Position numbers and translations under genes: made by a program. A stretch of DNA of 64,000 nucleotides, taken from NCBI RefSeq assembly GCF_964188315.1, contig NC_135667.1:26226001-26290000 (forward strand), in the 5' to 3' direction. Under the pieces are notes generated by a model. That model made no database searches. It saw only the letters and a program-made list of their open reading frames with translations, and had not been told where the DNA came from. The stretch comes from Podarcis muralis. Taxonomy: Eukaryota. Positions 1 to 11,000 of the stretch are shown here, piece after piece. Each line of letters opens with the position of its first letter. Position 1 is the first letter of the stretch.

Positions 1-28
1 ATGCTGGGAGGCAGGGAATGGCAGTGGT

Positions 29-1397
29 AAAGACTCTGCTCCTGCAAGAGAGGGGAGTGGTTGTGGTCGGGAGCCGGACTCCGCCTCAAGCAGGGGCTGT
101 TAGCCCCCTGCCTCCCACTCACCTGGCTGGCCTACGCCAACGGGCAGGCGCCCAACCAGGTACCTGCGAGGGGACGTGTTTAGCAGCCCAAATTGCTGCG
201 GCACCAGCCTTCTGGCCTCACTTTTCGTCGTCCCATCGTGAGTCATCAGCTAGGAGTCATCACAGTCATCACAGGGAAGAGCCATGAGGTTTGGAGTGGG
301 GGGGGGGGTCTGTGTGTGTGGAGGCTGGGCTCGGGTGGCGGTTAGGCATTGGAATAATGTGTTGTGGTGTGTCGAAGGGCTAGGTGTGGCCATTGCCTAT
401 GCCTTCAATTTTTGGGTATTCCGTTAAAGGAATCTGGCGGTCGTGTATTCTGTCCGATGCCTGCTTGGCGGGAGGCCATGGCACGACCCTCGGTGACATC
501 AGGGGAGAGCTTATAGTTGGATTAGCATCAACAGGCTCAACCTACTGGTGAATAAACCCCCCTGTTTTAGACTCACCCCTCTCTGAGGGGGTGGAGTCAG
601 CTGACGTAATCCAATGCCTAAGCCAATACCTTTTCACTTACTGTAATCAATAAAGTTGTGGCATTTTCTTGCCCATTAACCTTATATCACGTGTCCTCGT
701 GTTTTCATTCCACTACGCGGGGATCGGGTCCTCGAACCACAAAGACTCTCTTCCTGCAAGAGAGGGGAGTGGTTGTGGTCGGGAGCTGGACTCCGCCTCA
801 AGCAGGGGGCATTAGCCCCCTGCCTCCCACTCACCTGGCTGGCCTATGCCCACGGGCAGGCACCCAACCAGGTGCTTGCGAGGGGGCGTGTTTAGCAGCA
901 CAAATTGCTGTGGCACCAGCCTTTCAGCCTCACGTTTTGTCGTCCCTTCGCGAGTCACCCACCCTCCACTCCCTTAGAGCTCAGGGTCTCAGTTTTCTTT
1001 TGGCCTTGCTATGGACCTTAGGTTGGTCGCCCTGGTTGTCCGGGGGGCCTGGTAGGAATTTTTCCATTTGGCATTAAGCTTTTTGGTTTTTTCGCCTACC
1101 TCGTAGCAATCGTCACAACTTTCGTGGTATTGGTGGGTAGGTTAGGCATTGGAATAATGTGTTGTGGTGTGTCGAAGGGCTAGGTGTGGCCATTGCCTAT
1201 GCCTTCAATTTTTGGGTATTCCGTTAAAGGAATCTCTCTGAGGGGGTGGAGTCAGCTGACGTAATCCAATGCCTAAGCCAATACCTTTTCACTTGCTGTA
1301 ATCAATAAAGTTGTGGCCTTTTCTTGCCCATTTACCTTATATCACGTGTCCTCGTGTTTTCATTCCACTACGCGGGGATTGGGTCCTCGAACCACAA
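29..1397 (+). mobile_element. Non-autonomous split-direct-repeat element (Ngaro/PAT-type DIRS-group retroelement-like), layout A1-internal-B1-A2-B2
   Basis: A1 29-435 is repeated as A2 741-1235: 29-~235 matches 741-~945, and 341-435 equals 1141-1235 exactly, while the middles differ. B1 581-742 is repeated as B2 1236-1397 with about 4 mismatches. The B1|A2 junction (CCACAA|AGACTC) recreates an end-to-start join. B contains AATAAAGTTGTGGC. No coding capacity. Family assignment is from architecture only. Confidence 0.6.
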
Positions 1398-2696
1398 CTT
1401 ATTTAAGATAGTGATAGTAGGCTCAGAGAATATTGGCCCTACCAGCTTACTTGCAAAAACTACAATTTCCAGACTATCTTCAAAGGCAGTCCCATGTAGA
1501 ATGCATTGCAATTGTAATCTTGGAGGTTGGCACTGCATGAATAACCATGGCTAGCCTATCTTTATCCAGAAATGACCACAGTTATCACATCAACCAAACC
1601 CAGGCATAGGCCTTCCTAGCCACTAAGGTTACCTGTCCCTCAAGTGACAGAGATGTTTCCAGAAGCACCTGCAAGCTACATACCTGCTCCTACTTGTTTT
1701 ATATTTTTTGGGAAATTTTTGATACTGATTTGTTTGTGAAGGACCCCCTTTGGTATATATCAAAGTATGCTGGATGTAGTCTGGGGTGCACTGTTTACAT
1801 GGGACTCTGGCTTGCTAAGAGGGCCTCTTCTAATGTGAATTGAGAGTGTGTTCTAGTACCCAGCTACCATTCCCATACAGTTGTGCATTGAAATTTGGTT
1901 GGTTTGTTTCCAAACAAACACAAGCTTGCTAATAACCTCTTTTCCACCTCTCCCCATCCCCTATACTTCCTAGTAAGCAGTAGAAATATGGATGTGGGTG
2001 GGTGTGAAAGTGCAAAGGTATATAAAGTAGAAGAGTGCCTAATGCTTATAAAAAAGAATAATTTAAAAATGAAAAATAAAGCAAATTAATATACTTTATA
2101 CATCATTAGTAACATTCATAAAATCAGCTCCATTTTAGTTTGAAGGTCAGAGCAAGACTTGAAGTAGCTTAGAGGAAGTTACTTGTACACCCCCTTTATT
2201 TATTGCATCGGATAAGGATGAGGCACAAGAAAAAATGGCCGAGAAAATTGATAATTGCATATTCCACTATTAATTATTTTGTTATGGGCATGTTGGAGAA
2301 CAAGTCAACGATTCTTAATACTTGGGAGCTACTTTTCAGTTCGCTCTGCCCTGTTCACTTCAGATTGAATATGATGATGATTACCAGTGTTCATACTTCC
2401 CATATGTTTGGACACAGTTATCTGCTCAAACAACAAATAACATGCATGTTTTGAGAGAATTTTTTAAAAAATTATTTTGTTCAGAAAAATCTGAATGCAA
2501 ACATATTTTATTGGATATTTCTATTTAGATTAAAAAGAAGCTGTAGACCGATGCGGCAATGAGATGGGTTGGATCACACACATGCTAAAGTTACATGGAG
2601 CAGAACAGAAATAGATTAATATGCCCATCCCTGGTTGCAAATCCACATGTCTGGTACATATGATGTTCCATTTTCACCATTGCAGACATAATTTTC

Positions 2697-3686
2697 TCAG
2701 CGACTGAATTCATTGGGGAAATCAAACTTCTTGTTAGCAACCTGCACTTTGAGGATTATTTTTTTCAATGCTGCTTTCATATCCTTATTCCTCAACGTGT
2801 AGATCATAGGGTTGAGCATTGGAGTAACTACACTGTACACCACAGCTATGATTTTGTTCAGGTCAAAAGATGAACGGGTAGTTGGACTTACATACATGAA
2901 GATCACTGTCCCATAATACAGAGAGACGACAGTAAGATGGGAGGCACAAGTGGAGAAAGCCTTGCGGCGCCCATGTGAGGAAGGTATTCTCAATATGGTT
3001 ATACTAATGTATATATAGGAGACAACAGTGGACAGGAACGTGCTCAGAATCACCATAGCAGAAAGGAAGAATACAATCTTCTGTGTAAGAGATGTGTCTA
3101 CGCAAGCCAGTTTTAGTAATGGTGGAATATCACAAAAGAAATGGTTTATCACATTGGGGCCACAAAAGGGTAAATTCACCACCACTATGGCAGCTACCAT
3201 AGGGGCCAGACAGCCTCCTGCCCAGCAGGCAACCACGAGAAACACACACACTCTTTTATTCATGATTGTTGAATATCTGAGCGGATAGCATATGGCCACA
3301 TATCGGTCGTAGGCCATCACTGCTAGGAGGAAGCACTCAGCTGTCCCAAGAAAAAAGAAGAAGTAGGACTGTAGCAAACAGGCAGCAAAGGAAATTGTGT
3401 GCACCCCCATCAACAAGATGGACAGCAGCTTAGGGACTGTTGAAGATGTATAGCCAATGTCCAAGAAAGAGAGGTTTCCCAGGAAGAAGTACATGGGGGT
3501 TTGAAGGTGGCTGTCTGTCTTAACAGTTATGATTATGATTATGTTGCCCGTCATTGTAAGAAGGTACATAGCAAGGAAGAGAAAAAAGAGGGCAATTTCC
3601 ACCTTCCGAGTATTAGGGAAGCCCAGAATAATGAACGTTGTCACTATGGTATGGTTCAGAGGTTTCACCAACCAGTATTCTTCCAT
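2697..3686 (-). CDS. Olfactory receptor, class II (family 6/11-like), intact, 329 aa (OR1)
   Basis: Single ORF with OR motifs GN, LQTPMYFFLGNLS, MAYDRYVAICYPLRY, FCGPNVINHFFCD, KAFSTCASHL, PMLNPMIYTLRN. The ATG is preceded directly by a splice acceptor (TTTG)n-TTTCTTGTAG. Confidence 0.96.
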   Translation of the reverse strand: MEEYWLVKPLNHTIVTTFIILGFPNTRKVEIALFFLFLAMYLLTMTGNIIIIITVKTDSHLQTPMYFFLGNLSFLDIGYTSSTVPKLLSILLMGVHTISFAACLLQSYFFFFLGTAECFLLAVMAYDRYVAICYPLRYSTIMNKRVCVFLVVACWAGGCLAPMVAAIVVVNLPFCGPNVINHFFCDIPPLLKLACVDTSLTQKIVFFLSAMVILSTFLSTVVSYIYISITILRIPSSHGRRKAFSTCASHLTVVSLYYGTVIFMYVSPTTRSSFDLNKIIAVVYSVVTPMLNPMIYTLRNKDMKAALKKIILKVQVANKKFDFPNEFSR

Positions 3687-3693
3687 CTACAAG

Positions 3694-3730
3694 AAACAAA
3701 CAAACAAACAAACAAACAAACAAACAAACA
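3694..3730. repeat. (AAAC)n microsatellite forming the polypyrimidine tract of the OR1 acceptor
   Basis: About 9 perfect units, seen directly. Confidence 0.95.
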
Positions 3731-4096
3731 GTATTGCAATGTCATGTCTTCTTATTTTTAAAAAATCCCAGTAAATATCACCAAACTATGCAAGACACTC
3801 TTGGCTTTGTCCCCATCCTCTCCTTTCATTAAGGTGCAAGCCTGTTCACATACACAGAAAGGGTGTGGGTATGGATAAATTATTGAAAATATGAATTTGA
3901 AAACTGAAAATAATAAAAAGTTGAAACAGATGCTGCAATCATAGAATTATAGAACCAATTTCTAGACAAAATGTTCCAGCAGAATTTTGGAAAGTGCAAA
4001 ATTTCATAGGGTTTGTTTGGGGTTTTGCGTGGATAAAACAGTTAAAGATTTCTTTTTTACAATTGAAAACAACATTTCTGGATGTGACATTTCTAT

Positions 4097-4289
4097 GAGA
4101 AGTCATTGCACAATGGTAGAGCATCTGCTTTGCATGCAGAAGGCCCCAAGTTCAATTCCTGATCTCTCCAGGTGGTGCTGGAAAAGAATCCTGTCTGAAA
4201 CCTAAGTAGCCACTGACTAGCAGTGTATATAATACTAAGCTACATGGACCAGTAGTTTGATTCCATATAAGACAGCTTCCTATATTCCT
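4097..4289 (+). mobile_element. tRNA-derived SINE (squamate type), decayed
   Basis: tRNA-like head with box A/B (CAATGGTAGAGCATCTGCTTTGCATGCAGAAGGCCCCAAGTTCAATTCC) and a tail ending CAGCTTCCTATATTCCT, resembling a common lizard SINE. Confidence 0.7.
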
Positions 4290-6120
4290 CTAATGGAAGC
4301 ATGGAGATACCATGAAGTTTAACCTAGTGCAAAATATTAATACAGTTCAGGAAATTATTTTTGAAAGTGGGAATACAATTCTTTTTGAAAGTGGGTATAC
4401 AATTGTAATAAAATTAATTAATAAACTCTTCAGTAGCACTTCAGTATTATTGTATCTTCGTTGGCAAGAAGCATTTTCATTTCCATCTCCTCCCCAATAA
4501 CTGAAGGCTGGGATACAAAATCTGTAGCTGAAATTTTATGCAAATAAGTTGAGAGTCAAGGCGGAAGAATCTGTCCAAAGATACTTTTGTTGAATTGTTG
4601 ACAGGTTTGTTTCTTATTAATAATATTCTCAGGCTGCAATCCAGTGCACGTTCAAGGCATGTGCATTGAACTGAATAGGACTTTACAAGTAAACCTGCAT
4701 AGAATTCTGCATAGAATTCTAAGCAAGTTTATTGAGACACCAGAATATTATTATTAGGAGAAGTGATGTGTTGCAATTAAAACAAAATATTTGGGGTGAT
4801 ATAATCAAACTAAAGTTGTCTTTAGGAACAATCCTATGCACAAGAAACTGACATAAAGTAAGCCAGGCATAAGTTAAACTGGTGTAGGTTTCACCAGATC
4901 CAAACTCCGTGCAGGAGATGGGCTTAAGTTACACCACCCTATTTGCCGGCTTAACTTTTGCAAGGTTGCCAAGTCATGTGATCAAGCTGGCCTGGGATTT
5001 AGCCTCATCCTCCCCACTGGTCCTGGAATGCCCTGGAATGACCCTTTTCACTGTTTATGCTGACTTAAGATCTGCTGGGCTTGGCTCACCTGGCTAGATT
5101 CCAGCCAAGCTGGGGTGGGGTAGATACAGCAGTGTATCTCCAGCTAAGCCAGGAATGGGGAGTTATGCTGTCATAGCCTTGCTATGCTAGGAACCACTCA
5201 GCTCAACCAGACAAGTGCTGGATTCTAACCCTGCTCATGCCAGGATATATTACAATATACCGGTAATTCTTCTCCTTCGCTCAGATTTCAGTAGGAGGAA
5301 GTTAACCATACACTTATTTTCGCTGGATTGCATCTGGAGTTTCTTAGCCTTAGGCAATTTGAATGCCTAACATTTACTGATATATTTAGATTAATTTTAT
5401 TGTTTTTAAATAAATAAATAAGTTCATCTCACTAGACTATGAAGGACAAACTTCTTGATGGAGGGGGGGGGGAACAATAGTAATAATGATAAAAATGAAA
5501 TTAAATCCCAGATCTGAGTCACTGCAAACCAAATTAACACACTGAAACCAAAAATGCAACGGACTTACTGTACAGGCTTAAAATTGTCACTTGGAGTTCA
5601 GGGTCTGTTTTTGACCTTTATGTCTATTGTCAAATAACAAATTCATAAACAAGGACTATTGTAAATTAATCCAGATATGTTATAATAGTTGTTTACAACA
5701 TGCAATGAAATAAACTATAGGAGAAATCATCATAAGCTGTGTCCTTTTATTCCAAAGCAGTGAGCACTGGCTGCTATATCAATTCTTATTAGTAGGATTA
5801 GTATCTCCAAGAATGCATGTCTCTTGGGTTTTGAACAATTTAGCCTAGTGAGAATTAAATGTATTGATGTGTTTTAATGATGAGAAAATAGTATCTAGGC
5901 AAGCAAATATAGGTTATCTTTTCAAAAAACCAAACAACCCAAAGATTAACCCAATGTTTTCTTCCCAATCTATTCAGATGCCTCCTGTTGCTTTCAAACA
6001 CCACTTTTCCCCTTTCATTGTCTCTCCATACTCATTGTCTCAAAATATAACAACAGAATACTTTACTTATGAGTAAAATAGATCTTTATTCAGGCAAGTA
6101 GCAGTATAGGCTCAACAGTA

Positions 6121-6371
6121 CAGTGGTACCTTGGTTACTGAATGGCTTGGCTCCAGAACAAATTGGCTCCTGAACACCGCAAACCCAGAAGTAAGTGTTC
6201 CTATTTGTGAATGTTTTCTGGAAGCTGAACATCTGATGCAGCTTCTGCAGCTTCTGATTGAGTGCTGGAAGCTCCTGGAGCCAATCAGAAGCCGCACCTT
6301 GGTTTTCGAACGGTTTTGGGAGTCTAACAGACTTCTGGAACAGATTAAGTTTGAGAACCAAGGTACCACTG
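6121..6371. mobile_element. Tc1/mariner-type MITE
   Basis: TIRs CAGTGGTACCTTGGTT...AACCAAGGTACCACTG, flanked by TA at 6119-6120 and 6372-6373. Confidence 0.9.
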
Positions 6372-6679
6372 TACAGGTTCAGCAGCAGATAAACAAGGAA
6401 TAAACAAGCCAAACAAGGAATTCAGAAATTGAGAGAAATAACAGAGATGTCCTAACAAGCTTTTGAAGATGAAAACATAGTAGGCATCCTACTCTCACCT
6501 ACGGAGGTGAAGCCTGATTCTCAGTGAAAAGACAGCACCATTCCCTTATGTTTCCTCTACAGCCTCTGTCATCTTCTGCTCAGCCAACCCTAGCAGCTGA
6601 TTGATGCCCTCTCCTCCCTTCACCCTTGTTTTTTGGGGTTTCTAAAAATGAATTTAAAGAGATTTTCAGCAGACTCTTA

Positions 6680-6928
6680 ACAGTGGACTCCTAAGGCCTA
6701 CTCAGTACTGGTGCCCTCACTATGGAACATCCCTTCAGATGTCAAGGAGATCTTTAACTACATAACTTTTAGAAGACATCTGAAGGCAGCCCTGTATTGG
6801 GATTTTGTTATGTTTGATATTTTACTATATTTTATATATGCTGTAAGTCACCCAGAGTGGCTGGGGAAACCCAAGCAGATGGGTGGAGTATTAATAATAA
6901 CAGTAATAGTAATAGTAATAATTATAAT
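6680..6928 (+). mobile_element. LINE 3' end (L2-like) with TAA-type tail
   Basis: TTTAGAAGACATCTGAAGGCAGCC...CCAGAGTGGCTGGGGAAACCC...AATAATAA. A second copy of the same 3' end is at ~60640-60832. Confidence 0.65.
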
Positions 6929-7740
6929 GTCTTCTGAGAAGTAAGTACAATTGGATTCAGTGTGGCTCACTCTTAGGTAAGTGGGGTTGCAATTGAAGTT
7001 TCAACTTGCAATCCTGTATTGCAATGTTTGTCGACATTGGTTATAAATCTGCTCTAATAGGATAATTGTGTTAAACATAAGAAATGAATTAATTAAATTA
7101 ATGGTAGTGTACTCAGAGTAAACCCATGGAAATGAATGAATATGTTAGTCTTGTCTATTAACTTAAGGGGTCCACTGTTGGACTGATTAGAACTAGTATT
7201 GAATACCACCCTATCTTCTTCAGTTTTCCACAAAAGCAGTCCCTATCCCTGAAATTAAAGGGGCCTGCCTTCACAAGCACTTTTCTCATAAGGTAGATGA
7301 CCAAGGAAGATGTAACCATTTATTGTCATCTCCATTATCTTCTCCATCTCTACAGTGTGGTTTTAGGCTGATATAAAATGAGATCCAACAATATCATAGA
7401 TGTGGGTGGAGATCATATTTTAACATTGAATATCTCCCCTCCACAGTACCAAATAATCCCTATTGCTTCCAATCATACATTCCATTTAATGAGACATAAA
7501 TTGTTAATTAAGCAGATAGTCAGGAAGTATGGCACTTAAAATGAAATGAAAAACATTTTACTGCTCACACAGTTTTTATTCTGAACAGCTAATTATTCTC
7601 AGATAAGCGCATAGGAGGTTATAAGGCTCAGCAAAAGCATTATATAGTCCACTTCTGGGCTATGTCTTGCTGACTTGCTGCTCATTGCTGGAAGCAACTG
7701 GAATCACTGCAAAATAATTTTCTTGATGGTTCAATAAAAT

Positions 7741-8048
7741 TAGGGTTGCAATGTGTCCAGGAAAACGTGGACATGTCCAACATGCCCTTCCAGGTGGATT
7801 TTTACATTTAAAAGGAAATGTCAGGGGGGTTGGGGCTCGGGCTCAGGAGGCTTGGGCAGCTTGGGCTTGGACTTGGAGCTTGGGCTTGGAGCTGTTCTGC
7901 ATGCTGCAACCACTGCCAGCCTGAGCTGGGGAAAGAGGTGCACAGGTGGAGCAACAGCCCTGTGCATCCGCACACCTCTTTCCCTGGCTCAGGATAGCAG
8001 TGGCTCAGGCTGTTCTCCTTTTTTGCTCTTCAAGATATGGCAAGCCTA
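7741..8048. mobile_element. hAT-type MITE inserted at the V2R-A stop codon
   Basis: Ends TAGGGTTGCAAT...TATGGCAAGCCTA; imperfect ~8-bp TSD ATAAAATT / ATGAAATT. Same TIR as the 9329-10141 element. The flank resumes homology to the V2R-B 3' UTR on the far side. Confidence 0.8.
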
Positions 8049-11000
8049 ATGAAATTCTTTTTTCTTAAAGAATTGGTCCCTAGTGTTCATTTCTGGCTTC
8101 AAAATAATGATGTACATTTTAGGGACAAATATGCATCCTAGCAACCCGGCACTCGAGGCCAGAATGGAGAAGATCTCCACAGCCACCATGTATTTGCCTT
8201 TGGTGCTCAGATAGGCTGGAATGAAAGATATCCAGACACTGCAGAAGACCAACATGCTGAAGGTGATAAACTTGGCTTCATTGAAACTGTCAGGCAGTTT
8301 CCTGGCTAGGAAGGCCACTGTGAAGCTGACACTGGCCTGAAAGCCCATGTAACCCAGGACCGTGTAAAACATGGCATCTGAGCCTTCATTGCATTGCAAC
8401 ACAATCTCCTCAGGCTGTGTGAGCATATCAAGGTCTGGGAATGGAGGAGAAGTGAATAGCCAGACAGAACAGATGCCAACTTGAACAAGAGAGCCAAAAA
8501 GGATAAAATAGTTGGATAGTCTTTTCCCCACCCATTTCCTCATCTTGCTTCCGGGCCTTGTTGCCATGAATGCCACAACCACAATGATGGTCTTAGCCAG
8601 GACACACGAAAGTGCAAGAGAGAATATGTTTCCAAAGGTAGCTTGTCGAAGAAGGCAGGTCACCTTGCTGGGTCGTCCAATGAACAGCAAGGAGCAAAGG
8701 AAGCAGAGCAAAAGGGAGATTAGCAGAAGGTAGGTAAGGTCCCGATTGTTGGCTTTGACAATGGGGGTATTCTGGTGTTTAATGAAGGTTCCAAGCACCA
8801 GGGCTGTGAACAGCGCAAAAGAGACTGCCACAGAAGCCAAATTGATTCCTAAAATGTCATCATAGACTAGACAAGTTATGACTTTAGAGATACATCTGTT
8901 TTTATTGTTGTTTGGATGTTCATCTTCTGGACATTTTTCACACTTATCTGCATCTGTAAGAAATAAATATACCGTCTGAATAACAGGTACATACCTCTTT
9001 TAAATGTCTTATGTAATATGGCCAGCCTGCTCCATGTGATTACATGCTTTCTACTTTTTGGTGACTCCTTGGTCTGAAAGCAACCCAAACCAAAACAGAG
9101 TGCTTTCAGATGAGTAAAACACTTTTCAAGGATGGTGGAATTAATGCAGGTAGGGGGAGCTTGTTGCCTTCCAGGTTTTCTTAATTGAACTACAACTTCA
9201 ACCATTCCTGACCATTTACCATATAGTTACTGCTGATGGAAGTTGCAGTCCAACAACATAAAGAGAGTCATCCCTGGATTAATGGATCAAAACCAGCACA
9301 GAGCTGTTGTAAAAGTATCTTCCTTGAATAGGGTTGCCATATTTTAAAAAAAGAAAGCAAAAACTCAGACACATTTGTAGGTCGGCCGTGATGCGAGGCA
9401 GAAGGTTGGGTGAATGGGTGGGCAGGGGGCAATTGGCGGCAGTGGGATTAGTGAGCGAGTGATCAGCAGTGGTGGGGTGAGTGGGCAATCAGTGACCTGC
9501 CTGCAAGGGGCATAACCCACAAGGTGACCTGGGGGGCTGAGCGCACTCCAAGCATGCATGCAATACTATGCCCCCGCCCCCAGAGTCCTGCCCACTCCCA
9601 TGCGCTTTCCTGGTGCCCCTGCCCTCCCTCTCCAAGTTTCACACCTGCACCCGATTCTCCTTCCTTGACAGCGCTGGCAGCTGGCGCATTAGAGGAGGGA
9701 GAAAGGTTGTTTTCTGCTGCTCCAGAGAAGCGGACACGGAGCAATGGATCCAAACTACAAGAAAGAAGATTCCACCTAAACATTAGGAAGAACTTCCTGA
9801 CAGTAAGAGCTGTTGGACAGTGGAATTTGCTGCCAAGGAGTGTGGTGGAGTCTCCTTCTTTGGAGGTCTTTAAGCAGAGGCTTGACAACCATATGTCAGG
9901 AGTGCTCTGATGGTGTTTCCTGCTTGGCAGGGGGTTGGACTCGATGGCCCTTGTGGTCTATTCCAACTCTATGATTCTATTCTATGATTTATTTTAATAG
10001 ATAAATAGGTAAATAGATAAATAGGTAAAGAGATAAATAAACCCAGACATTTCGGGTAAAATGATAAAATACACCTACATGGGTGTGCTGGTGCCCAAAA
10101 ACAGGACATGTCCAGGAAATCCTGGACATATGGCAACCCTACCCTTGAACAGGTAATATCCCACGTTATCCAGTTGTATACTTTACTGTTAATCTGACAC
10201 TAAACTGTTTTGAAGTGCAGGGTAATCATTTTTTTCCCCAATGGCAATTTCCTATAGGATGAAAATGCGCAAAATAATTTGTAGTCCCTTAAATTCCAAA
10301 TCTTGTTCCTGCCACTCAATTAAATGTTTGTTTTAACTAACCTTGTACCAGTAAAATAAAATCCATGCATTTGTTTTCTGGAATTCATAACACACAATTC
10401 ATACATCATGAAACCCTAAGTGCAGCTGTTCACCAATCCAGCTGCAAACCAAACCCAGTTTTGCTGAGCTTCAGCAATATGTTGGCCTGATATGCTTTCA
10501 GATCTAACTCTGGGGCACTATCTGGTTTTCCTGTGGGTTACAGATAGCACCTTGAGTATTAAATGAGAAGATGAAATAATGGAGAATGGCATGACTATTT
10601 GAAAAGAATACTAGATGCAGCTTCTTTCAGAAATTAGAATGTAGAGATTTTTTAATCACGTACCCACTTGGTTTGAAATTGTCCCGTCTGCACATTTGAA
10701 ACAATCATAGCAGCAAGATTGTTCTCCTTCACGGACTTTTCTATGATATCCAAGATGGCATCTTTCATTGCATAAAGAATGTGGTACTGTCTAACAAAAA
10801 ATACAAGGGAATGCAGTTTAAATCAATATAATTGGATTTTGATTCAATGGTTTAAACTTTGTTTATCCACCCACCCCATAAAAGCCCTGGCATATACAGT
10901 GGTACCTCGGGTTAAGAACTTAATTCGTTCTGGAGGTCCGTTCTTAACTTGAAACTGTTCTTAACCTGAAGCACCACTTTAGCTAATGGGGCCTCCTGCT

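Noticed and set aside
18-1077. ORFs 18-287 and 658-1077 with near-identical translations
   Set aside because: They are readings of the repeated A segment of the mobile element and show no recognisable protein motif.
1620-1890. Possible decayed solo LTR (TATA-like GGTATATAT, LTR-like composition)
   Set aside because: No clear TG...CA ends, TSD or second copy in the window.
4107-4175. tRNA-like sequence as a real tRNA gene
   Set aside because: It is the decayed head of a SINE; acceptor stem pairing is lost and a SINE body follows.
8512-8733. Plus-strand ORFs antisense to V2R and OR exons (also 3028-3288, 22813-23022, 37244-37465, 45522-45770, 51245-51484, 62451-62813)
   Set aside because: Recurring shadow frames caused by codon usage of the sense genes. 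No independent evidence of coding.
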